Source of the DNA: Hirschia sp.
GTDB lineage: Bacteria > Pseudomonadota > Alphaproteobacteria > Caulobacterales > Hyphomonadaceae
DNA: 64,000 bases
NCBI GenBank assembly: GCA_002709235.1
Contig: PAQI01000010.1
Coordinates: forward strand, 200,278 to 264,277
Direction: 5' to 3'
Both the position numbers and the translations under genes were made by a program. The stretch's first letter is position 1. Every line of letters starts with the position of its first letter. The notes below the pieces were generated by a model. The model was given only the letters and a program-made list of their open reading frames with translations, did not search any database and had not been told where the DNA came from. Shown one piece after another: positions 54,985 to 64,000 of the stretch.

Positions 54985-57375
54985 GTGTGGCCGGTAGGAC
55001 GCTGGCGAGGGCTGGGTGAGTGGATGTTGGACTTCGACATCAGGAAATTTTTTCTGGGTGGCGTCACGGTGCCGCATGACCGTGAAGATCTGGTCCGGTT
55101 GGAGCAGGTTCACGCGTATATTGCGATGATTCCGGCGGTGACGCTGGCAATGGTGATCATATCGCTGACATTGACGGTCCTGAACTGGGGCGGTGTGTTC
55201 TGGCCGGTATATTTTGCTTTCTGTTACGCTCTGTTCGTCAAGGCTTTCCTGCTTGTCCGTCTCTGGATGGGCCATCAGCAAAAGCCCATCGCGTTGAAAT
55301 ATTCCGAAGCATCGGGAATCCTGAAACGCATATCGTTTCACGCTGGAATTTCGGGGGTGATCTGGGGCCTGTTGATCGCTTTTCTGGTGTTCGACCAGAA
55401 CTCCTTGAACATGGCGATTGTCGGTGGCTTGCTCATCGGATTGATGTGTTTCGGCGCGTTTGCGCTCTCCATCGCCCCGCATGCGTCGATGATTTATCTC
55501 ATCGGTATCAGCTCGGGTTATTTTCTGGCGCTATTGGCTGTCAGCGATCCTGTTTTCTACTGGACGGCACCGGTCCTGGCAGCGTTCACACTGATCCTTC
55601 AGCGGGCAGTGGCCTGGAATTTCGGTCGCTTTGTCGAGCAGGTGCTGAACTACAAGAATCTGGAAGAATCCGGAGAAGTCATCAGCCTCCTGTTGCATGA
55701 CTTCGAAACCCATTCCGCAGACTGGCTCTGGGAGGTAAATGCGCAAGGTCAGTTGAGCCGCGTCTCCATGCGGTTTGCGGAAGCTGTCTGCCGCCCACGC
55801 GAAGTCGTGGAAGGTGCCAGCTTTCTGGATTTTTTCGAAGGTGAGTCTGCCGAACGCCTTGAAGAACTGATGTCCAATGAACGCAGCTTCCGTGATGCCA
55901 TAGTCCCCGTGCGCATCGCAGGCGAAACACATTGGTGGTCGATCAGCGCGCGTCCACGTGAAGAGCATGGAGAGTTTGCCGGCTATCGCGGTGTCTGCAG
56001 CGATGTCACCCAGGAACGCGATGCAGAAGCGCGCGTCGCCTATATGGCACATTTCGATGCGCTCACAGGCGTTGCAAACCGCGCACACTTTGCCAGTGAG
56101 CTGGAGAAAGCCGTCGATCAACTCAAATCGAATGGTGAGGAATTTGCCCTTCACTGTATCGACCTTGATGACTTCAAGGGGGTCAATGATGTGCACGGCC
56201 ACCCAGCAGGTGATGAACTCCTGAAAACCGTTGCACGCCGGGTGAATGCCTGCATCACCGCGAACGATCTGATCGGTCGGCAGGGTGGAGACGAGTTTGT
56301 GGTCCTGCAACGCAAGCTTGAATCGCATGAGGACGCATACCTCATGGCTGACTTCATCTGTGATGCCTTGCTGGAACCGATCCAGTTGAAGGCCAATCGC
56401 CTTCTCGCCACGGGCAGTATTGGTTCGGCAATCGCACCCTTGGATGGCGATGACGCGGCCACCTTGCTCAAACATGCCGATCTGGCGCTTTATTCTGCCA
56501 AGAAATCCGGTCGCGGCTGTTCGCGTTTCTTCGAACCGACAATGGATGAGGAAGCCCGGCGCCGGTCGCAGATCGAACAGGAACTGCGTGCCGCACTCCG
56601 CAGCAACGAGCTGGAATTGCACTTCCAGCCACTCATCGATGTCAAGACGATGGAAACCAAGGGCTATGAAAGCCTGTTGCGCTGGCGGCGTCCAAATGGC
56701 GAAGTCATCATGCCCAGCGAGTTCATCGAAATCGCTGAGACCACAGGACTGATCATACCATTGGGCGAATGGGTCATCCGTACGGCGATCGCAGAAGCTG
56801 CAACCTGGCCAGACCATGTCACTGTGGCCATCAATTTGTCGCCCATTCAGATGACCAATCCATCCCTCATTTCGACCGTTGTTTCGGCTCTGGGGGCGTC
56901 GAGCCTGAACCCGGCGCGGGTAGAATTCGAGATCACCGAAAGCGTCCTGCTTGAAGAAACCGAAGTGAACCTGAAAACGCTGCACACATTGCGTGACCTC
57001 GGGGCCAAGATCGCCTTGGACGACTTCGGCACAGGGTTCTCGTCATTGAACTATCTGCGCGCATTCCCGTTCGACAAGATCAAGATCGACAAGTGTTTTG
57101 TTGGCGAAATGGAAGAGCGTCAGGATTGCCGCGCCATCATCAAGGCCGTTATGAGCCTTGCACGCGAACTGAACATGCGCACCACGGCAGAAGGCGTCGA
57201 AAATGATGTCCAGATGAACATGCTGCGCGAAGAGGGCTGCTCCGAATTTCAGGGCTTCCTGTTCTCACGCGCCATTCCTGCCAGCGAGCTGCCCAGGAAG
57301 AACGCGCGGACAGCTGTCGGTGAAACACTTGCACATTGTGTTGTTCCGCTGAAGAAACGCATCGGAAATGGCTGA
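54985..57375 (+). CDS. Membrane-anchored PAS-GGDEF-EAL c-di-GMP signalling protein
   Basis: About 6 N-terminal TM helices are followed by a PAS-like region. The GGDEF domain carries RQGGDEF and the EAL domain carries EFEITES, with the DDFGTG, KIDK and EGVE motifs. The start could also be ATG 55024. Confidence 0.88.
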   Translation: MWPVGRWRGLGEWMLDFDIRKFFLGGVTVPHDREDLVRLEQVHAYIAMIPAVTLAMVIISLTLTVLNWGGVFWPVYFAFCYALFVKAFLLVRLWMGHQQKPIALKYSEASGILKRISFHAGISGVIWGLLIAFLVFDQNSLNMAIVGGLLIGLMCFGAFALSIAPHASMIYLIGISSGYFLALLAVSDPVFYWTAPVLAAFTLILQRAVAWNFGRFVEQVLNYKNLEESGEVISLLLHDFETHSADWLWEVNAQGQLSRVSMRFAEAVCRPREVVEGASFLDFFEGESAERLEELMSNERSFRDAIVPVRIAGETHWWSISARPREEHGEFAGYRGVCSDVTQERDAEARVAYMAHFDALTGVANRAHFASELEKAVDQLKSNGEEFALHCIDLDDFKGVNDVHGHPAGDELLKTVARRVNACITANDLIGRQGGDEFVVLQRKLESHEDAYLMADFICDALLEPIQLKANRLLATGSIGSAIAPLDGDDAATLLKHADLALYSAKKSGRGCSRFFEPTMDEEARRRSQIEQELRAALRSNELELHFQPLIDVKTMETKGYESLLRWRRPNGEVIMPSEFIEIAETTGLIIPLGEWVIRTAIAEAATWPDHVTVAINLSPIQMTNPSLISTVVSALGASSLNPARVEFEITESVLLEETEVNLKTLHTLRDLGAKIALDDFGTGFSSLNYLRAFPFDKIKIDKCFVGEMEERQDCRAIIKAVMSLARELNMRTTAEGVENDVQMNMLREEGCSEFQGFLFSRAIPASELPRKNARTAVGETLAHCVVPLKKRIGNG

Positions 57376-58149
57376 TCAGTTCACGGATGAAAAGTCAGCA
57401 TTCGCCGTTGAGAAATAGCTCGACCAGAATGCCTTCACATCACTCATGGGCAGGTCATAGCTCTGGCGCGGCACGATGCGGGCGACGACTTGCGCACCTC
57501 CAGTGTCGCGTACATCCTGAGCCAGCCGGGATGTCGAGAATGTCTCGAAATCGGCTCCCATGCGGTAGAAATTGAAGTTCTCCGAATTCTGGATCAGATC
57601 CGAGATGATCACCACGCGGCGCTTGTCACCCGGAGGGCTGAAATCAGCCCGGTCGAAGATCGAGTGAATGGCCTCGGCCAGTGGGGAGGAGGGCGCAACC
57701 TGATCTTCCAGCACCGTGCGCACAGCTGCGTTCAGCGGATCACGAAACTGCATACGCCAATTGTCCTCCACCATGCGTGGGTTCTCGAAGAACGGATTGG
57801 CAGCGTCGGCTGATCCTGTTGAACACTGCGAAAAGACCTGCTGGGGATCATAAGGGTTCTTCACATTTGGCGTCATCACCGTCAGACGCCCATATTTGGG
57901 CAATTGACGCGCTTCCTGGTCGATAAACGCTTCAACCCACCCAAAATCATTGGTGCTGAACGGATCTGACTGGTCGATCAACAGGACCGTATGCGCTGGG
58001 TCGCGGTGATCGGTACGGCACGCCGTTTGCGGATCTGTGGCGGGTGGCATGTTCAGCGCGACGACGGCAAACAATCCGAAAACTGCGCCGAGCATCGCGA
58101 CAATCGACCAGCGCCAGAATGCCTTGGATTTTTCGCGTTTGCGGGCCAT
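57376..58149 (-). CDS. Hypothetical membrane-anchored periplasmic protein (second gene of uncharacterised two-gene operon)
   Basis: The 257 aa protein has an N-terminal TM anchor (WRWSIVAMLGAVFGLFAVVAL). The periplasmic domain has VLLIDQSD and RRVVIISDLIQN beta-strand-like motifs of a possible vWA-like or alpha/beta fold. No family was recognised. Confidence 0.5.
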   Translation of the reverse strand: MARKREKSKAFWRWSIVAMLGAVFGLFAVVALNMPPATDPQTACRTDHRDPAHTVLLIDQSDPFSTNDFGWVEAFIDQEARQLPKYGRLTVMTPNVKNPYDPQQVFSQCSTGSADAANPFFENPRMVEDNWRMQFRDPLNAAVRTVLEDQVAPSSPLAEAIHSIFDRADFSPPGDKRRVVIISDLIQNSENFNFYRMGADFETFSTSRLAQDVRDTGGAQVVARIVPRQSYDLPMSDVKAFWSSYFSTANADFSSVN

Positions 58150-58160
58150 GTGTGGCTACC

Positions 58161-59816
58161 TCAAGCTTGCGCTGTCTTGCGCGGTGGAGGCGTGTTGAGC
58201 GCCTTTGTGGGACGGGCGTTTGTACTGTCACCCAGCTTTTGTCCCCCCTTTTGCCCCCCACGGGATTCATCCAGAATCTGCTCGACTTTTTTTTCCACGC
58301 TGGCCAGGCCCTTCTGGACAGTCTGGATGTGGGTATCGAGCCATTGGCGTGTGATCGTCAGCGCCTTCATGTTGAGATCAAGCGTCTGGATCGCCTTGTC
58401 AGCCTGTTCGCGTTCACGCGTATAGTCGAACTGGGGCAGGTTGGCGGTGACAATCTCGTCGAAATAGGCGGGCACTTCAGCGTTTTCGCCCAGTTCCTCA
58501 CGAAACATGTTGCGCTCGCGGCGATGTGCCTGGCGGTAGGAAACCTTCAGCACGCGTTCCTGATCACCGACCTTGGCAGCCGTGGATTGGGCTTCTTCGC
58601 GGCGCACATCCAGCCAGTTGATGGCTTTCTCGATTTCGCGCTTGGCCTCTGCGTGGCGGTTCACCTGACTGTCGAACCATGAGCGGCTGGAGGTATAGTA
58701 TTCCGCCAGTTCCTCACGGATGGACAGGCGCACTTCCTGGCGTTTCTCATAGGCCTGACGCTCCTTGCGCCATACGCGGCCATAGCCGGGATAGCGGTCG
58801 GAAATCTTGTCATAGCCTTCAAACACGGCCACCGCGAAGATCGCCAGCCCCATGAAAAGCAGGCCGAAAGCGACCATGGAATCCAACCCGACCAGATTGG
58901 GGAACATGCCGCCGATCACACTGCCCGGAGCGATGTCAAACATCGAGAATCCAGCCAGGGAGCCATTCTCCATGCGCGCGTGCAGCTCTCGTTCAACCGT
59001 GTCACGAAAATGAGCGACAAACAGGTTCAGGAACAGGCCGAAACTGATGAACAGCCCCGCCGTGATCCCACCCAGAACCTTGAACGGTATCTGTGGGTGG
59101 TTGAGATAGCGCAGGCCAAAGAAGCCAGCGATCACGCCACAGCCTACATTCACCGCAGACACACCGAATGCGACAAGCAAGCCGCCCAGCAGGCCGTTTG
59201 ATTGGGCATCCTTGAACAGCAGGGCGTTGAAACATCCTTCGATGATCATCACGAATAGCAGGATCGCAATGGCCTGCTCGATGCTCTTCTTGATATCGGG
59301 CGTACGCTTGCCGATCTGGTCGCCATGCGTGTCCTTGAACGCTGCCAGCTCGACGACAGTGGCCTCATGTTCGGCCCGGGCATCCTGCACGTCGTCGATC
59401 TCATAGGAGCGGATCTCGTTTTCTTCCGCCTTGATGCTTTCGCGCAGGATATCAGGGTCGATTTCCGCAGGTGTGCAGTCCTGAATGAAATTGCGCACGG
59501 AAGCAGAGGACGCGGCGAACCATGATGTCAGGCCGCGGCGCATGTCTTCGGCTTCTGCGGCGATCTGTTGTTCGCGCTCAGACCATTGATCAAAGGTTGA
59601 GGCCGTGGAGACGGGGATGCCGTCCCGCGCGTCTTCCTTGGCGACCTTCTTGGTCTTTTCTCGGTTGAATGACAGTTTTCCTTCAGCCTTGGCACCGGAC
59701 AGGCCGTGCGCGCCGAGGGGAATGTTCGGATTGTGCGTCTTGATCTTGGATTGATAGCCGATCTCACGGCCCCAACTCGGGGTCTTTCCAGCCATAGTCA
59801 TCATCCTCCGGTTCAA
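58161..59816 (-). CDS. Hypothetical integral membrane protein with N- and C-terminal coiled-coil domains (first gene of uncharacterised two-gene operon)
   Basis: The 551 aa protein has a ~190 aa charged N-terminus and 4-5 TM helices (aa about 195-330). The ~200 aa C-terminal region is strongly helical and charged. No known motif was seen. Confidence 0.5.
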   Translation of the reverse strand: MNRRMMTMAGKTPSWGREIGYQSKIKTHNPNIPLGAHGLSGAKAEGKLSFNREKTKKVAKEDARDGIPVSTASTFDQWSEREQQIAAEAEDMRRGLTSWFAASSASVRNFIQDCTPAEIDPDILRESIKAEENEIRSYEIDDVQDARAEHEATVVELAAFKDTHGDQIGKRTPDIKKSIEQAIAILLFVMIIEGCFNALLFKDAQSNGLLGGLLVAFGVSAVNVGCGVIAGFFGLRYLNHPQIPFKVLGGITAGLFISFGLFLNLFVAHFRDTVERELHARMENGSLAGFSMFDIAPGSVIGGMFPNLVGLDSMVAFGLLFMGLAIFAVAVFEGYDKISDRYPGYGRVWRKERQAYEKRQEVRLSIREELAEYYTSSRSWFDSQVNRHAEAKREIEKAINWLDVRREEAQSTAAKVGDQERVLKVSYRQAHRRERNMFREELGENAEVPAYFDEIVTANLPQFDYTREREQADKAIQTLDLNMKALTITRQWLDTHIQTVQKGLASVEKKVEQILDESRGGQKGGQKLGDSTNARPTKALNTPPPRKTAQA

Positions 59817-60393
59817 GGCATTCGTCTGGATGATGAAATTTGAAGCAGTTAACAGTAAACACTTCGAAAATTACAAATTGGATGGTTTTGCTGCAGACCT
59901 TGTTAACCAAAATCAATCTTGAGACACAGTCAGTTAGGTGGCTTGCAATAATCGTCTATGAATCAAGGCGAGCCGAGGAATGCATGGCCATATATGCTCG
60001 AGCATACCACCAGAAAATGCCATTTAGTGAGCTATATTAATTATTGGTAGTGTTGCTGTTCCCGCGCCATTCTCGCTCTGATCATCGGGATTGATCGGCT
60101 TGTAACGCGCCTGAATGTTCTGGAATGGCACGCTTGGTTCCTCAATGCGTCCCGTTTTTCCTGAATACGGCAATAGCGAAATCGCCTTAGCCGCTAGTCT
60201 CTCGAAAAATTCTCGCCTTCTGCAAGTAAAAGCGCCGGTTCTATTTGACTTCAATAAAAATTTCTCGATGGGCATCGGAATTGCTGGATCCTGAAAGGAC
60301 AGATGTCTTCAGGTCAGCCCTTTGGGAGCTTCTGCAGGACTAGGACGAATAATGTGTGACGGGATCGCGCAATTGGACCTGAGGGATTGAGAC

Positions 60394-62367
60394 ATGAAAT
60401 ATCGGCCCGATATCGACGGGTTGCGGACAGTCGCGGTTGTCCCGGTCGTACTTTTTCACGTCGGTCTGGGGATGACTGGGGGCTTTGTCGGGGTCGACAT
60501 CTTCTTCGTGATTTCCGGTTTCCTGATCACTGCCATCACATGGGGTGAGATCAATGAAGACCGCTATTCCATCATAAATTTCTACGAGCGCCGCGTGCGC
60601 CGGATCTTTCCGGCCCTGTTTGCCATGATGGCCGTCACGGCGATCGTCGCCACCGCCATGTTGCTCCCGCATCATCTGGAAAGTTTCGGCAAGAGCGCGT
60701 TCGCGGCCACAGCCTTCTTCTCGAATTTGTGGTTCTATTCAACAACCGGATATTTCGCCGTCGAAGCCGAGATGCAACCCCTGCTGCACACCTGGTCACT
60801 GGCAGTGGAAGAGCAGTATTACATTGTTTTCCCGATCCTGCTCTGGGTGCTCTACAAGCTGATGCGCCCCGCAGCATTGTTCGCCGTGCTGGCAATCCTG
60901 TATGGCGTTTCCTTCTACTTTGCCCAGCGGGCCTTGATTCTGGACCCTGAAGCCGCATTCTACCTTCCGCATTTTCGCGCCTGGGAACTATTGGCGGGCT
61001 CGATGCTGGCGATCGCCATGCGTCAGGGTTGGCTCGATGCAATCTTGAAGAATTCGCTCGTCGCACATCTTCTTGGCCTGGGCGGAATGGCGGCAATCAT
61101 CTGGTCGATCTTCTGGTTCGGCGTTGAGACACCCTTTCCGGGCACGGCTGCGCTTGCACCCGTTCTGGGGACCGTAGCCATCATTGCAGCGGGAACCTAT
61201 CGCAAGAACCCGGTCAGAACGGCACTCAGCCTTCCGCCAATGGTGTTCGTCGGCAAGCTGTCCTATTCCTTCTATCTCTGGCACTGGCCGGTAATCGTGT
61301 TTGCACATTACGCACATGTCGAACCGCTGACCCTGCCGCTCAAGCTGGCCTGTGTAGGGACAGCCTTCCTATTGGCCTATATATCACTGATCTTTGTCGA
61401 GCAGCCTTTCCGCGACAAGCGCCGTATCGGCCGCACACCCATCTTCGCATCAGGCGCAGCCGCAATGGCAGTCATTTGTGGTGTTGGCGTGGGACTGGGC
61501 AAGACCGATGGCATGCCCGAGCGCGTACCGGGAGAATTTCTGGCCCTGATCGACAAGGAAAGCAAATATTACGCATTGCGCAATGCGTGCCATTTCATAA
61601 CACCCGAACGCGCCATCCGTAAGGATCTGTGTATTCGCGGCGCAGAAGGCGTCGACCCCAGCTTCATCCTGGTCGGAGACAGTCACGCAGATGCGCTGAG
61701 CCCTGCCATCTTCACGGCGGCAGAAGAACTCAACCTCTCAGGCTATCAATACACCAATTCCGGTTTCCGGCCCTTGCTCGGCGTGGAAAAACAGGGCGAC
61801 CCGGACTGGGGCGCACAGGCGAGGGCGCTGGTCATCTTCCTTGAGGCGCATCCATCCGTGGAGACTGTCTACCTCACGGGGTTCTGGGAATATCAGGCGA
61901 CCGGCTATTCATTCCGCGGCGGCGGCCACACTTTCCGCGATGAACATTATGACGGCACGCGGACCCGCTATAATGCTACAGCCATGAAGAACGGACTGTC
62001 GCGATTGGCCCAGACCTTCCCGGATCGTCGCTTCATCATTCTTGACGATGTGCCATCAGGTCATGAGATGGACCCGGAAAGGCATGTCAGGAACGCCATG
62101 TTCTCCAGCGACAAGCACTATCTGGACGCCGGAATCCACCGCGATGATGCAGAGCGCCAGCGCGCCAAATACGAGCCGATCCTCGTGGATCTGGCGCACA
62201 GGCATGACAATCTGGAATACAGACCCGTCCTGGCCGCGCATTGCATAGAGGACCATTGCCCGCTCTTCGACAATGGCAAGGCCCTCTACCGCGACGGCGA
62301 CCACCTCAGCGAAGACGGCGCCCTGCGCCTCACCCCCATCATCCGCGAACACGTCCTGATCAATTAA
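60394..62367 (+). CDS. Acyltransferase-3 family membrane O-acyltransferase with C-terminal SGNH domain (OafA/OatA-like)
   Basis: The N-terminus DIDGLRTVAVVPVVLFHVGLGMTGGFVGVDIFFVISGFLIT is a canonical AT3 motif. About 10 TM helices are followed by a ~270 aa C-terminal SGNH-like periplasmic domain. Confidence 0.85.
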   Translation: MKYRPDIDGLRTVAVVPVVLFHVGLGMTGGFVGVDIFFVISGFLITAITWGEINEDRYSIINFYERRVRRIFPALFAMMAVTAIVATAMLLPHHLESFGKSAFAATAFFSNLWFYSTTGYFAVEAEMQPLLHTWSLAVEEQYYIVFPILLWVLYKLMRPAALFAVLAILYGVSFYFAQRALILDPEAAFYLPHFRAWELLAGSMLAIAMRQGWLDAILKNSLVAHLLGLGGMAAIIWSIFWFGVETPFPGTAALAPVLGTVAIIAAGTYRKNPVRTALSLPPMVFVGKLSYSFYLWHWPVIVFAHYAHVEPLTLPLKLACVGTAFLLAYISLIFVEQPFRDKRRIGRTPIFASGAAAMAVICGVGVGLGKTDGMPERVPGEFLALIDKESKYYALRNACHFITPERAIRKDLCIRGAEGVDPSFILVGDSHADALSPAIFTAAEELNLSGYQYTNSGFRPLLGVEKQGDPDWGAQARALVIFLEAHPSVETVYLTGFWEYQATGYSFRGGGHTFRDEHYDGTRTRYNATAMKNGLSRLAQTFPDRRFIILDDVPSGHEMDPERHVRNAMFSSDKHYLDAGIHRDDAERQRAKYEPILVDLAHRHDNLEYRPVLAAHCIEDHCPLFDNGKALYRDGDHLSEDGALRLTPIIREHVLIN

Positions 62368-62489
62368 GGGCGGGGGTGGGGCCGTCCCGCCTTTCAAACT
62401 TATCCGCCTCCCAAGCGAAAGCTGGGGTCCAGATAAAACGCCAAATGCCAGTCACGGTGGTTTTCGCTTTTCGTGCAAAAAGAGGTGCA

Positions 62490-62523
62490 GTAGGGCGGGT
62501 TGAGCGTTAGCGATACCCGCCAT
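62490..62523 (+). repeat. REP element (gtagggcgggttgagcgNNcgcgatacccgccat family), forward copy
   Basis: The sequence gtagggcgggttgagcgttagcgatacccgccat has a GTAG head and an imperfect palindrome. Copies recur at 63140-63172 (inverted), 63753-63786 (forward) and 63804-63838 (inverted variant). A related variant lies at 63088-63126. Confidence 0.75.
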
Positions 62524-62554
62524 AATCTTTCCGCGTGGTGAGTGGGGGGATACA

Positions 62555-63076
62555 ATGCCTAAATATCGACGCCTATATATTCCCCGCGGAACGTTTTTCT
62601 TCACTCTGAACTTGCAGAACCGCAGGAGCCGTTTGCTCGTCGATCGCATCGCGGATCTGCGGGCTTCATGGAATCACGTTCAACATTCCAGACCTTTTCA
62701 GACCATCGCGGCAGTGGTCCTGCCCAACCATCTGCATGTTGTCCTCACATTGCCCGACGGCGATGGCGACTATTCCACGCGCGTTCGTCTCCTCAAGACG
62801 GGTTTTACGCGCCGATTGCCGACTGCTTTCAAGTCAAACGACCGTAAGGGCCAGCGGGGAATCTGGCAAAAGCGCTATTGGGAGCACGCCGTTCGCGACG
62901 ATACTGATATGGGCGCATATGTCGATTATATCCACTTCAACCCGGTGAAGCATGGACTCGTCGCCAGCCCGGATGACTGGCCCTATTCAACATGGCACCG
63001 CTGGAAGCAGGAGGTTGCAAAGCCATACGTTGTTCCGGCAGATTGGAAGCCACCGCCAGAGATCGAAGATGAGTAG
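62555..63076 (+). CDS. REP-associated tyrosine transposase (IS200/IS605 Y1 TnpA-like)
   Basis: The 173 aa protein has an HuH motif (LPNHLHVVL) and a catalytic Tyr region (YVDYIHFNPVKHGLV), both typical of REP-associated transposases. Confidence 0.78.
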   Translation: MPKYRRLYIPRGTFFFTLNLQNRRSRLLVDRIADLRASWNHVQHSRPFQTIAAVVLPNHLHVVLTLPDGDGDYSTRVRLLKTGFTRRLPTAFKSNDRKGQRGIWQKRYWEHAVRDDTDMGAYVDYIHFNPVKHGLVASPDDWPYSTWHRWKQEVAKPYVVPADWKPPPEIEDE

Positions 63077-63087
63077 GCCGGTTCAAT

Positions 63088-63172
63088 GTAGGGCGGGTCG
63101 AGGCAAAGCCGACCCCCGCCATGGCGCAGGCGGCAAGACGGCGGGTATCGCTAGCGCTCAACCCGCCCTACG
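63088..63172. repeat. REP doublet (forward variant + inverted copy)
   Basis: The forward variant tgtagggcgggtcgaggcaaagccgacccccgccatggcg is followed by ggcgggtatcgctagcgctcaacccgccctac, which is the reverse complement of the REP consensus. Confidence 0.7.
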
Positions 63173-63199
63173 GTGCTACCAAATCTAAAGGGGCGGATT

Positions 63200-63739
63200 A
63201 TGCAAGCGACGGTGAAACAAATAAAATGTCTGGCAATGATGATGGTGGCTTCTTGTGCCGCAAATCAAGTTGCAGTGGAAGATAGCCCATATATAGTATC
63301 CGTTTCACACTCACGCTATAGAGATTTTGGATTTGTGGAGGCTTGCTCGTTGGGGGCAAATAAAAGCAATTCGGCATGTTTTAGAATTGAATCAAATATT
63401 ATTGACAAGGGTAACGGTGATTACCTTAGTTATTTGAGTAGGGTTGAATTATATTTCCAGAATTCAGATATCAGGAAGATCTGGAAATTCAGTTCGGATG
63501 CTTTCAACTATCCGATATTGAGTGAGGCCAGCATCAAAACAAGTTGGGAATATGATCGTACCCCCGCTGTAGGTGATCATATCGAGGTTCGGGTTCCCTA
63601 TGATTTTGTGAATATGAGAACTGCTTGCAATATCGAAGGTTATGATGATGTCATGCACTATTCAAATATCGTAAGTTTTGTACTGCGTTATAGCTCGACC
63701 TCTGAATTTGATATCGAGGCTGCGGAATGTTTGAAGTAG
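63200..63739 (+). CDS. Hypothetical secreted protein encoded in low-GC insert bracketed by REP doublets
   Basis: The 179 aa protein starts at ATG 63200, with an RBS-like aaagggg upstream. It has a signal peptide (MQATVKQIKCLAMMMVASCAANQ). GC is about 40%, versus about 58% in the flanks. The codon usage is AT-rich and atypical. Confidence 0.45.
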   Translation: MQATVKQIKCLAMMMVASCAANQVAVEDSPYIVSVSHSRYRDFGFVEACSLGANKSNSACFRIESNIIDKGNGDYLSYLSRVELYFQNSDIRKIWKFSSDAFNYPILSEASIKTSWEYDRTPAVGDHIEVRVPYDFVNMRTACNIEGYDDVMHYSNIVSFVLRYSSTSEFDIEAAECLK

Positions 63740-63752
63740 TTGTGTGAGTCCC

Positions 63753-63838
63753 GTAGGGCGGGTTGAGCGAACGCGATACCCGCCATTTCGCCACCCGCAC
63801 CACGACGGGTATCAGCCTTCGGCTTCAACCCGCCCTAC
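63753..63838. repeat. REP doublet (forward copy + inverted variant)
   Basis: The forward copy gtagggcgggttgagcgaacgcgatacccgccat is followed by a spacer. The inverted variant is gacgggtatcagccttcggcttcaacccgccctac. Confidence 0.7.
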
Positions 63839-63920
63839 ATTCGCTTGCGCTGGCAATGCGCGAAACTAACCGCCAGATAACCCTTCCAACCGTTCCCGTT
63901 TCACCCCATATTCACCGCCA

Positions 63921-64000
63921 TGAGCAAATCAACCAAATCTCGTGGTGTCTCAGAGGCACCTGGCGCGGCCTTCATTCCGGCAGGCGAGGCCCAGCATCCT
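63921..64000 (+). CDS. 5' end of an unidentified CDS (partial)
   Basis: An ATG at 63921 opens a frame (MSKSTKSRGVSEAPGAAFIPAGEAQHP) that runs off the window. The product is unknown. Confidence 0.25.

Larger units (their letters stand above)
62490..63172 (+). mobile_element. REP / REP-associated tyrosine transposase unit
   Basis: A RAYT gene is flanked by REP palindromes (5' REP at 62490-62523, 3' REP doublet at 63088-63172). Confidence 0.7.

Noticed and set aside
55531-56985. 484 aa minus-strand ORF inside the GGDEF-EAL gene
   Set aside because: It is antisense to clear GGDEF and EAL motifs. There is no independent support.

Overview
The window is a 64 kb, roughly 58% GC chromosomal segment. 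Gene content points to an alphaproteobacterium of the Caulobacterales/Hyphomonadaceae type (PopZ, AsmA, FliN, PccAB, ValS and TolC are present).

Most of the window is housekeeping and membrane-protein genes:
- ydcJ/hglS-like, TauE, pccB, pccA, lipB, tRNA-Leu(GAG), mgtE, tolC, popZ, valS, isoaspartyl peptidase, xthA, asmA
- a cysK-like/sseA/metC sulfur operon with a LysR regulator
- a MATE transporter, an SPFH protein, an HDAC, recQ, dodecin, ltaE, a GGDEF-EAL protein, and an OafA-like acyltransferase

The striking feature lies at 38.1-51.1 kb. Two giant genes (2238 aa on the minus strand, 1918 aa on the plus strand) are transcribed divergently from a 490 bp AT-rich intergenic region. Both are built from:
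- about 9 copies each of an unclassified ~140-150 aa beta-rich module of the form 'EAEDxxxNGxVVE...ASGG...FDExDG...VxVNG...NAEWARVDKLTF'
- dystroglycan-type cadherin-like Ig domains
- Pro-Thr linkers
- a shared ~110 aa C-terminal domain

The plus-strand gene additionally carries a SASA/DUF303-type SGNH carbohydrate esterase domain. The two genes share a ~0.9 kb inverted homologous segment of roughly 88% nucleotide identity that could mediate inversion or gene conversion across their common promoter. Gene 1 also contains a 723 bp in-frame tandem duplication.

Downstream of the giants lie a DUF599 protein, a small membrane protein and a GT2 glycosyltransferase. Further on is an uncharacterised two-gene membrane operon (551 aa and 257 aa). 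The 3' end of the window holds a REP / REP-associated tyrosine transposase locus whose REP doublets bracket a ~40% GC ORF, which is probably foreign. A ribbon-helix-helix protein plus a GIY-YIG nuclease gene pair sits between pccB and pccA.
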